The notes under the pieces: model-generated
Told to the model about the DNA's origin: nothing
Seen by the model: only the letters and a program-made list of their open reading frames with translations
Databases searched by the model: none
Assembly (NCBI GenBank): GCA_963575745.1
Contig: CAUYUJ010000017.1
Location: 1-64,000, forward strand
Direction: 5' to 3'
DNA from: Prorocentrum cordatum
Lineage: Eukaryota
Length of the DNA: 64,000 nucleotides
In this document: one piece after another, positions 12,703-22,823 of the stretch
Layout: each line of letters opens with the position of its first letter
Position numbering within the stretch: position 1 is the stretch's first letter
Program-made: the position numbers and the translations under genes

Positions 12703-14087
12703 TCGCGCTTCCGATGTTTTCTCGCCTCCCTCTGCCCCTCCTGCACTTTCCGTTGTTTTCCGATAGCTCCATGCCTCCTGCCCCTCGCCCGCTACTCCGC
12801 GAGCGCCGTTTGAACAAGGAAAGGCTGACCACGATCTGCCACGCCGCTCGCCTCGCGAAGCCTGCGACTTGGACAGGAGGCCTTCGGCACTCCAGCGTTC
12901 CCTGCAGAGCCAACGCTCGCTGTGTCAAGGGTCGGTTTCCGGGACCCTCCCTTCGTAACCCAATGCTTTGCCGAGGCCTCCTCCTCCTCCTCCTTCTCCT
13001 CCTCCTCCTGCGCACGGGGAGGGATGGAGGCCCGCGGGAGAGATCCGCAAGGCCGCATGGGGCGGGTGAAACACTGGCGCTGGCATCGCAAACCCGCCGC
13101 CGGAAGGCGGCGGGAGCGGCCAGGAGGAGCTCCTCGGACCTCGCTCGTGCACGGCGACGGGCCCCGCCGCACCGTGCTCGATCCTCGAGCCTGCAGCTGC
13201 TGGAGGGTGCTGAGCAAGGGGTGCGCGGCCCCGCCGATGCGCCCAGGGTGTTTGCGCCCGGGCGGGACCACGACCGGCAACAGAGGCCTCCCAGATAGTG
13301 GTCCGAGCAGATGGGGTCGGAGGAGCCCGCCGCATCGCCGGTGCATCGGCGATGCATCGGTGATGCTCTGGCGACGTCGGCGGTGCATCGGCGACGTCGG
13401 CGCGGTGAGAAACGGGCCCCACATCGAGCCGCATCGGCGATGCCTCGGCGATGTGGCGCGATCCTCCGACCCCCAGCTATACTCCGACCCCATCCCAGAG
13501 GCCTGTGAGAGGCAAGGGGGTGACAGCGGGGCTGGCAGCGCCCGGGGCCGCGCGTTCGCGCGGGAGCGGGGGGAGCGGGCGCCGCGACGGGCAGGGAAGG
13601 GGATAGGCAGGCGAGGGAGGCTCGGGGAGGCAGGGCCACGGAGTTAGGCCGGGCCTGTCCCCCTGCAGGCGGGTGTTGGACGAACATACAAACAGAGTCA
13701 ACAACATGCCCCAAGATGGCCAACACATGCTCAAAAACTCGTCCCCGTACTGTTCTTTGACTATTCCTGAACATCCCTCCTGTCGACTTGGACGCCCGAA
13801 ATGGGTACGGACAAATGGGTACAATGCCCAACAACGAATGTTGTCCCAAACCAACAGCGGCCGCTGTTGGGCAGGCGGTTTTCTGTCTCCAATGGACTCA
13901 GGCCGCGGCGGCGCGGACAGCGAGTCCTGCTCAACATGAACAGGAACTGCTGTTGGGCAGTGTACCCATTCTTTCCGTGCCCATTTCGTTCGTGCAGATG
14001 TCGAGGGCCAGGCCCGACGTAAGGCCACGGCGGCGGGGGGCAGGACGGCCCGTGCCGGGCCGGCAGGCGGCGCCGGCGCACGCCCTC

Positions 14088-14174
14088 TCAGCGCCCGCCT
14101 CGCGCGGGCGCCGCCCGCTTCTGCCGCACGTCCCGGGCGGCGTTCTTCCTCGCGTTGTGGAAGGCGAGCGCGTC
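14088..14174 (-). CDS. KIF9: KIF9-like exon 6 (DALAFHNARKNAARDVRQKRAAPARGGR*)
   Basis: ccccag acceptor, C-terminal PDxxAFxNA+ motif typical of KIF9, TGA stop. Confidence 0.78.
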   Translation of the reverse strand, partial: DALAFHNARKNAARDVRQKRAAPARGGR

Positions 14175-15920
14175 CTGGGGGCAAAGGCACGAGGCGCCCG
14201 ATGCCGCTATATCAGTCGGACTTCATTGGACAGCACGCGAGAGGACAGAAGACCCCTCCGAGGGCCGCACTGCCGCAGGAATGCAGGAGGCACGGGTCGC
14301 GAGACACGGGACACAAAGGCACCCTTGATTTGGCAGGGTCGACCTGCTAATCCGGGCCGGCTGTACTCTCCCCGGACCCCTCCCCCCTGCTCCTCTTCCT
14401 CCTCCTCCTCCTCCTCCTCCTCCCTCCTCCTCCTCCTCCTCTCTCCTCCTCCCTCCTCCTCCTCCTCCTCCTCTCCCTCCTCCTCTCCTCCTCCTCCTCC
14501 TCCTCCTCCTCCTCCTCCTCCTCCTCCTCCTCCCCCCTGTAGGACAACGAGCAGGAGGAAGAGGACTCTCCCCAGGCGTGCGCCCCGACCAGCTCCCGGG
14601 GCGAAGCCGGCCGCGTGGCGACGGGCGGCCGCCTCTCTCTCCGGAGGCCCGGGCAGGGCGGCGAACAAAACGGGGCAAGGGGGTCCCTGGTGTGTCGGTG
14701 CCCTTTCCTCCTCCGGCGTCCGGGTGCTGCGTCTCGATCCTGCCCGCCTCCATGCGGTCGAACATCTCCTTCGCGTCGGAGGCCGACTCCAGAATTGATC
14801 TGTCCCAGACTTTACAGGTGTCGCCGAACCCACGAGACATACGTACGTACATACATACATACATACATACATACATACATACATACATACATACATACAT
14901 ACATACATACATACATGCATGCATGCATGCATGCATGCATGCATGCATGCATGCATACACACATACATACATACATACATACATACATACATACATACAT
15001 ACATACATACATACATACATTCATACATACATGCATGCATGCATGCATGCATGCATGCATACATACATGCATACATACATACGTAGAGCGTCCGTAGATG
15101 CACGAACATTCTACGGACTTGTTTTGCAGATTCGACGACCAAACAAACTCTGGGGCTGGTCGATCCCAGACTCGGCTCCTGGGAGTCGAACTTGTCCCCC
15201 TGCGGCACGGCGGCCGGGGCGCGCTGCGCATGCCCGTGCTGCAGGCCGTACCACTCCTCGAAGGCCTGCACGAGCCTGGCCTTGCACTGCTGGAGGCTGC
15301 GCTCCACCTGGAGGGCAAGTCGCCGCGGGACAAGGAGAGGAAGGAACAACGGCATGCACAGAAACTTTCGTCGACGGTCCGCGCGGAGTTCTGGGCTCTG
15401 CGCTGGGCCCCTCTCCCTGGCGCGCGGAGCCCGCCAGGGGGGGGCCCAGCGCGGATCCCCAAAAAGAGTCCCGAGGGAAACGTCCAAGCGATGGCGATGG
15501 CGATGTCGACGCTAATCGACGCTACATCGACGCTAACCGACGCGAGCCGACGCTAAATCGGCGCTATCTCATCGACTCCCAGGCGCTAATCGACGCTAAA
15601 GACATAATTAAGATGATCTACCAGGCTCCCATGATTTGCCATCGAAACAAGGGGGCCCAAGAGAAACGCCCAAACGATGGCGAGGAATGGATACATATAT
15701 ATATATATACATATGTGTGTATATCCATATACACATACATACATACATACATACATACATACATACATACATACATACATACATACATACATACACACAC
15801 ATACATACATGCATACATACATACATACATACGTACGTACGTACGTACATACATACATACATACATGCATACATACATACATACACACAAATACATACAT
15901 ACATACATACATACATACAT

Positions 15921-15971
<51 letters not shown>

Positions 15972-18900
15972 TACATACACATACATACGCATACGCAGAT
16001 TTGCAAACGCACATGCATGTACGCAAACTTACATACACATATACACAACACATACATACACATATACATACGTACATGCATGTATGCGTGCACACATACA
16101 TACATACGCATGAACATACACGTTCATAGTCATACGCGTATGTTTATCCAGCATAGTCACACTGATAGTGTGAATGATGCTGATAATCAGAATGCGAATT
16201 ATACTGAGAATAACGATACTGATAATGACAGTACTACTAATAATAATACGGGGCGTACGAATAATGGCGAGACCAATAATGATGACATTGACAAGAATCA
16301 TGATGCGAATAACAACAAATAAAACTAATCCCCAAAGCGGGGGCGGGCGTCCGCCTATCCAGGGTGCCCAGCGCCAGGCGCTCGGGTAGTGCGCGTGGCG
16401 AGCCCGCTAGAGGCCTCCTAGATGGGGTCCGAGTAGATGGGGTCGAAGGATCGCGTCGCATCGCCAATGCATCGCCGATGTATCGGCGATGCATCGGCGA
16501 TGCGTCGGCGACGTCGGCGATGCATCGAAGACGTCGGCGTGGGGAAACCCGGGCTCCACATCGAGCCGCATCGTCGATGCCTCGGCCATGCGGCGCGATC
16601 CTTCGACCCCATCTGCTCCGACCCCATCCAGGAGGCCTAGAACCGCGTCGGTCGCGCGCGGGCTGCCGGCAGGCCCGGTCTGGCCGCCGCCCTCTTCTGT
16701 TGCAGCCTCGGGGGGCCCTGGTCTGTCCCGTCGCGGCCCTGTCCGCGTCGAGTCCGTGTCGAGTCCTGGTCGGACTCGTCGGGTCCGCGCCGAATCCGCG
16801 TGGAGCCCTCGCCAAGTCCGCTTTGAGTCCGCAGCGAGCCCGCGTCGGGCACCAGTTTGGGGGACAGGCGCGGCCCCCCGAAGGTGCAACGGAAGCCCTC
16901 CGCTTTGGGCCTCTGCGCCGCGCCCTCGTGAGAGGGCCGCCGCTCGCGCGGGAAAGGCGCCCACGGCAGGAGGGGCCCCCAGAAGCGCGAGAAGGAGGAG
17001 GAGGAGGAGGGAGGAGGAGGAGGAGGAGGAGGAGGGAGGAGGAGGAGGGAGGAGGAGGAGGAGGAGGAGAGGAGGAGGAGGAGGAGGAGGAGGAGAGAGG
17101 AGGAGAGGGAGAGGGAGGAGGAGGAGGAGGCAGGCTTCGCCATGGGGGGGGAGCGTGCGGGGCCCGACGGCAGCGGGTCCGAGGCTCGTCGCCGCCCGTG
17201 GGCCCTCGCGAGGCCCTGCACGGGCGCCCAGGGCTGTCAGAGAACGGCTGGGGAGGAAGACCTCGTCCTGGGGGCAGGCCCCAGGGTCCAGGACCAGTTT
17301 CGGCGGTGGACAAACCTCCCTTTAGTAAACCTCCCGTTAGTGAAAACGGCCTGGGACCGAAACCGACGAACCTGGACCCGCAAAAATGACCGCTGCGACG
17401 TATCAGGGTAGGAGGTCTGTCCACCCCCGACAGTCTTCCTCGGGACCCGCTTCCCCCCTGCCAGGGGACAGCACTGCACGAACGTTACTGGACGTCAGCA
17501 CGTGCTGGCAGGGGAGTGCCTCGCCGAGTGCCCGAGATGTTCCAGCTTTTTCGTGGGTTCTGGACGGCTTTCCAGCCTCGGGATATGCTCCAGCAGCTGC
17601 ACCTCGCCGAGGGCGTTCTGGGGTGTGCACTCTTGGGGCGTTGGCAGGACTAATGGAGAAATCCAAAGGTATCGATACCGCTACTCCCCTGACCTCTCCC
17701 GGGGTGCGTTCTGACCAGGATTTCGAAGCGAATCCAACGGTGGCGACCCTCCCAGAAGGTCCAAAATGGGGAAAACGAGGGAGGGGTATGGGTACCTTTT
17801 CCTCCTCTGAGGTTTAATGTCTTTAATGGGATATGCTTCAGTGATGTGTTCCAAGGGGCACCCCCCGGCCCCATGCCACTGACCGGAACTGCCGGCTACG
17901 GCAGGCATGGCTTAGTGCCAGGTCGGGCATGTCCCCGTACAGGCGGATCTTGGAAGAACATCGAAAATGATGCAAGAGTAGCCAGACATGGTCAAAAGAG
18001 CACGACAAATCGTCCCCAGGCTATTTTTCTGCTGCGTTCGAGCATTCTTCCTTCTGCAGAGGGCCATGCCCGACTTGAGCTTAGTGATTCCCGTTCCTTC
18101 TTGGACCCTCGGGAGCCAGTCACGAACGGGCTCCCCTCACTCGGGGACCTGGCCGTACCCCAAACAGACAGCCGCACAGACATAGAGCCTTCCGAGGGTT
18201 CGCGCGGATGGCCTTGACCGGCGCCGCCGAGGGGGGGGGGGGGGGAGGGGGCGGCGCCGTTCTGGGAAGCCCGCGCGGAGCCCAGACTGCCATGTTTATG
18301 CCATGCTCTCTTCCTCGGCCACCTGCATGACCTCTGTCCGGACCCGCGTGTGGGTCTCGAAGGCCTGGCGGTACTGCAGCTTGGTCTCCTTCAGGCTCCT
18401 GATCAGGGCGTACTCCTCCTCGTCGATGAACTCCTCGTCCCGGCCGCTCGGGTCCATGCCCTTGTCCGCCTGCTTCCTGTCCAAGCGCTCCTTCGCCTCG
18501 TCAATCTCCCGCTTCTTCGCGTTCGCGGTGGTCAGGGCCACACGCATCTCCTCCTTCCGCTCCCGAAGCTCCACCCGGCACTTCTCGAAGTCCTCCTCGA
18601 AGGCCCGGCCTTCGTGGGCCTTCCAGCCCGCGAAGGCGGCCTGAGCATCGTCGAACCGATCCCGATCCCCACCAGCGTGGCCCTGGCCCCACTGAGCGAC
18701 GGGGAGAAGATTACACCAGAGAGAAGCCCCAATCAGTGGATGGCTTGAAGGTCGGTGGTGATATGGATGGTGAGGTTGATGGTGAGATCGATTGAGTGGG
18801 AAGGATTGTGAGATCGATCATGAGATCGATGGTGAGCTCGATCGTGGGATCCCGAAGTCGGCCCAGAACCAGCAACCTGGAACCCGGGAACCTTGAACAA

Positions 18901-20839
18901 GCAACCCGGGAACCTAGCCGGCCATCCAAATCGGCCCGGGACTTTCGCCAAGTCTTTCAATATCCGCTAGGACCCCTTCAGTGCAAGCACTGATTCGGGA
19001 ATCTGCATGTCCGCTCGGGCTCCGCGGGGCGCCCATGCCCACCCAAACAGAGGACGGGCTGCCGGGGCTGCGATGGCATGGCCGGGTGGGGATGGGGGCG
19101 TGTTGGACCGTGCCGACGGCCTGCTTGTCGGGGGGGGACTCCTCCTCCCCCCGCGCCAGCGTGCGGGCCCTCTGCACCGACGCGTCCGACAGGCTGCCCG
19201 GCGTGCGCCCGTCCTCGCCCGCCTCGCCCGCGGGCGCGCCGGCCCTCTCCTCCGCGGGGGGCCGGCTGCCGGCGGGGGCGAGGCCCACGCTGATGCCGCG
19301 GCCCTCCTCGTCGTCTCCGACCTCGCCCTCGCGGCCGGGCGCGTGGCCCTGCGGGGCGGCGGGGCCGGCGCCCGGGGCCTGGTCCGCCCCCTCGCCCTGC
19401 TGCGCGGCGGCGGCGGGGCGCGAGGCCAGCTCCGTGCCCAGCTGCTGGTAGAGCCTGCGGAAGCACCCGAACGCCTCGTACACCATCCGCAGGCTCGAGA
19501 CCTCGATCTCCTGGAGCTCCCCGTCCACGTACATCTTGACCTTCTCCTCCAGCTCCCTCACCTCGTCGGGGGTGTACTCCTCGTACTGCACCCGGGAGCG
19601 CCCAGCCAGGGTGTCGTGCATCGCGAGCTCCTGCTTGAGGTCCTTGATCTGGCGCTCGTACTTCCTGATCAGCAGCTGGGGGTCCAGGTGCACGTTGACG
19701 GAAGCCTCGTTGGACACCCGCATCATGCGGGTGGCGAAGCGGAGCGTGCTGGCGGTCTCCTGCAGCATCTTGGCCTCCGGCCAGACGTTGGCGATCATGG
19801 TCGTCTTGCAATTGCCGCCGAGCGAATCTTTCAGCAGGTGCGTCAGCTTCGACTGCCGATACGGCACGTGGTCGCGGTGCTTGTTGCCGAGCGCAACTAC
19901 GACCTGCTCCAGGAAAGTGAGTGACTTGTTGATGTGTGTCGCCTCCTGCAGGATCACGCCGTCCGAGCCCGTCTTCTTGACGCGCTCGCTGCCCGCGAGG
20001 TCCACGAGGTGCAGCTTCGAGTAGATCACCTTCTCGCTCGACTCCACGCGCGAGCGGCTCTCCACGTGGATGGTGAACACCACGTGGGAGCGCGTGGAGC
20101 CCTTGTTCAGGGCGTGCTCCGCCACGTGCCGGTTGGTGTCGCCCTGGAAGAAAACGTGGAGAGCCTCCTCCTCCGAGGCGGCGACGGGCGCCGAGAGGCC
20201 TCTGGCCTGGATGTTCCCGCGCGCATCCTCCACGATGGTGATGTCGCCGGACTGATCGGACACGGCCACGTCCCGCAGAAGGTCAAACATCAGCTCGTTG
20301 TAGATCTCCAGGTAGGAGAGCCGGACGGTGATGCTGCTCTCTGGCCTGGCCGCCGCCTCCGAGAAGACGAGCGAGATGGCACGAGGGACGATGCCGCGGT
20401 CCGCGAAGCCGACGTGGCCGCCGGTCATCGTGTGCGTCTTCCCGGCACCAGTCTGGCCGTAGGCAAGGATCGTGCCGTTGTAGCCCTCCATCACGGAGCG
20501 CACGACGTCCTGCGCGCAGCACTCGAAGACCTGCTCCTGGCTGGCGTTGGACAGGACCTTGTCGAGCTTGAAGTGCCAGGCCTCCTGCTGGTTGTTGACG
20601 TGCCCGGCGGTGTCGTCCTTGGGCAGCCGCATGTCGATGCTGTCGGAGGCCTCCGGGGGGGTCAAAAGAGCACCCATACTGCTACTCCGCCCGCCCCTCC
20701 AGGGGTGCGTTCTGGCCAGAATTTTGAGGCGTCAGCATCTTCCCCCCCCCCCCCGAGCCTCGCTGAACTCGAAGTTCTGGCTCGCGTAGCTCGCCGTTGG
20801 GCGAGCACGCACCACGACCCTCACGCTCGAGCGACCCAT
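14088..20839 (-). CDS. KIF9: Kinesin-9 family motor protein (KIF9-like), 6 exons: join 20839-20759, 20650-19121, 18640-18323, 15307-15179, 14768-14721, 14174-14088; 730 aa
   Basis: Contains P-loop GQTGAGKT, switch I NKGSTRSH, switch II LVDLAGSER, HINKSL and HVPYRQSKLT. The N-terminal VRVVVRARP...VNNQQEAWHFKLDKVL and tail motifs IDEEEY, FEEWY and AFHNAR resemble KIF9 as I recall it. All exons join in frame at AG acceptors and end in TGA at 14090-14088. Confidence 0.88.
14721..14768 (-). CDS. KIF9: KIF9-like exon 5 (EMFDRMEAGRIETQHP)
   Basis: In frame, GC3-rich, AAG acceptor and GA donor. Continues into the PDALAF tail motif. Confidence 0.75.
14838..16110. repeat. (TACA)n/(TGCA)n/(GACA)n microsatellites in kinesin introns 4 (14838-15082) and 3 (15690-16110)
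   Basis: Directly visible tetranucleotide repeats on either side of exon 4. Confidence 0.95.
15179..15307 (-). CDS. KIF9: KIF9-like exon 4 (VERSLQQCKARLVQAFEEWY...DKFDSQ)
   Basis: Resembles the KIF9/KIF6 tail motif QC+.RL...F+.WY. CAG acceptor and GA donor. Confidence 0.82.
16412..16637. mobile_element. Family C MITE with ~40-bp TIRs; copies about 9105-9253 (partial), 10510-10699, 13285-13503, 28581-28772, 58200-58381
   Basis: TIR GGCCTCC.AGATGGGGTCCGAG.AGATGGGGTCG.AGGATCGCG with internal GCATCGGCGAT repeats. Flanked by TAGA on both sides here and at 58200-58381. Confidence 0.8.
17302..17420 (+). repeat. Family F dispersed repeat; second copy about 51316-51472
   Basis: Shared GGCGGTGGA.AAACCTCCCTT.AGTAAACCTCCC.TTAGTGAAAACGG...GGACCCGCAAAAATGAC...TCAGGGTAGGAGGTCTG. 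Confidence 0.8.
18323..18640 (-). CDS. KIF9: KIF9-like exon 3, coiled-coil tail (AAFAGWKAHEG...TEVMQ)
   Basis: GC3-rich, contains the IDEEEY..IRSLKETKLQYR tail motif, 106 codons, CAG acceptor and GT donor. Confidence 0.88.
19121..20650 (-). CDS. KIF9: KIF9-like exon 2, motor domain, neck coil and linker (510 codons)
   Basis: Core of track ORF 18914..20677 with all kinesin motor motifs and strong GC3 bias. GAG|GCC acceptor and CAG|GC donor. Confidence 0.95.
20759..20839 (-). CDS. KIF9: KIF9-like exon 1 (MGRSSVRVVVRARPTASYASQNFEFSE)
   Basis: ATG at 20839. Encodes the kinesin beta-1 strand VRVVVRARP that the track ORF lacks. GAG|GC donor. Confidence 0.85.
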
Positions 20840-21289
20840 GCTGGCAGCCCAGACATCCGAAGATGCGCTCTTGTTTCCAACGCGCGGGCCCCAGACCCCT
20901 CATCCTGGTCCAGCTTCCCAGAGATCCGACGTCGTGATTTCCTCAATACGGGGTCCCCGGAAGTCTCGACCCATATCCCAAGACCGGTTTCTCATCCCGA
21001 GACGTTTTTTGACGGTCCTGGGGCCCGGCGAGGGCGTCTAGAGGCCGAACATCGAGAAAAAACGCCGTCTTGACTTTTTCAATGCGTTGGAGGTCTGGGT
21101 TTTATGGCCTCCGATCCGCTCCTGATGGCCCCGGAGCTCGAGAAAACGGCCCCTCGAGGGCGAGGGCCGAAGCCGAGGGAAAGGCGCTGGGACGGCAAGC
21201 TGCTGCGTTCCTGCTCGCTGTGCACGCGTCACGCGCGCGGAGCTCACACTGCCAATGCCGCGCTTCTTGCTGTGGCTTTGTGCCTCGGC

Positions 21290-21615
21290 CCACCATGGTA
21301 ATGGGTGCCTTTTTCACGCGTAGAGGTGGGGGAGGGGCGGGTGGGGCGCGAGACAAGGGCCTCCTCCGTGGGGGATGGGGGGCGAGACGGAGGGCGCCTC
21401 GGTCCACCATGGTCATGGGTCATGGGTGCCTTTTTCACGCGCAGGGATGGGGGAGGGGCGGGTGGGGCGCGAGACAAAGAGCGGCCTCCGTGGGGGATGG
21501 GGGGCGAGACGGGGGGTGTCTCGGCCCACCATGGTAATGGGTGCCTTTTTCACGCGTAGGGATGGGGAGAGGCGGGTGGGGCGCGAGACAAGGGCAGCCT
21601 CCGTGGGGGATGGGT
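21290..21615. repeat. ~118-bp tandem repeat, about 3 copies, upstream of the kinesin gene
   Basis: Units begin CCACCATGGT.ATGGGT at 21290, 21404 and 21526. Confidence 0.9.
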
Positions 21616-22591
21616 CGAGTGGGATTTCTGGCCCTGTCCAGCGGGGGGTTTCGCGCCACCTTCAGGGCTGATTCCAAGGCCGTCGCTGCTACCCTACAGC
21701 GTCACAACAGTACGAAGTCTCAGGTGCAACTGCTTGACATTACATGAAAAGGAGGAATCTCATCTAGGAGGGCGCCCCCAGCTCCCCCAGACCCGTGTTC
21801 CCCCAGAAATGGCTGGTCTGACAAGGGCAGCCTCCGTCGGGGAGGGGGGGCGAGACGGAGGGCCACACCGTCCGACGTCTGGGAGGGACGCCGCGCCAGC
21901 CGCAGCCCGCGGCCCCGAGGAGGGCACGGCCGTGCCCGCGCGCCGCCGGGCCCGCGCGCGGGGGGCCGCGCGCGGGCTGCGGGGCGCCCCGCGGGGGCCT
22001 CGAGAGGCTGTCGCGCGCGCCGCCCGGGGGGGGCCAGCCCTGACCTTCCAGAGAGCTATGTTTTAGCACTGGAGACCTAAAAACCTAAAAAGCTGAGCGA
22101 AACAGCCTAAACCAAGACGTAGGATAGCTGTGGGACAGGTTTTTAAGTCGGGTGCTATCTTTTAGCCCTCCTGGAAGGTCAGGGCAGGCCGGGAGGGGCG
22201 CCGGCTGCGCGGGGGGGCAGACCCAGACCTGATCGCGTCGTTGAAACATCAGGACGCGGTAGGTTGTTGCCAGTGTTCGGCTTTCGGGGAGCCCTCGCCG
22301 GGCCTCGGAAGCGTCAAAAACGGCCCAGGACGGAGAACCGGTCCCTGGGAAAGGGTCGGGGCTTCCAGGGACCCCGTTCTGACAAAATCAGGGCGTCGCA
22401 GGTCTGGGGAGGCAGGGTGCGGAAGGAGAACCCCTTCCGGTCTTGCTTTCCGCGACCTTTCCTTGTCCCTTCTGGCGGGGAGAGTCTTAAGGACTACGCC
22501 ATGTTTCGCAGGCCCCTCGACTCGTACACCTGCGTGCCGAGGTGTTCGAGCCACCACCACCTCAAACTTCCTGTCCGCGGTTTGGGTGGAT

Positions 22592-22823
22592 TGAGCGAGG
22601 ACCGACCGTCCCGGCGTTCTTATAGTCCTACCACGAAATATTCTTAGAACCCAAAAATGTTCAAATAACAAAAACAATGTTCTTAGAGCATCACCCCGAT
22701 GCGACAAAACAAGACAGACTCCTCTAGAAGTGTTCTGAGAACATGTCGTGAAAACCACAGAAGGTTCTTAGAACATTGTTTGGTGGGGCTGTAGGCGAGC
22801 CAGGACGCTTCGCCACTGCTTGA
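22592..22823. mobile_element. Family E ~230-bp dispersed element; copies 28927-29158 and 50095-50329
   Basis: Three near-identical copies GGACCGACCGTCCCGGC...TGTTCTTAGAAC...GGACGCTTCGCCACTGC, each bounded by YTGA on both sides. Confidence 0.8.

Noticed and set aside
18914..20677. Track ORF ends taken as the true kinesin start and stop
   Set aside because: The first 9 codons lie in intron 1 and the last ~68 in intron 2. Real exons upstream and downstream supply the missing conserved motifs.
19007..21073. Plus-strand ORFs of 305 and 379 aa
   Set aside because: They are antisense shadows of the GC3-rich kinesin exon.
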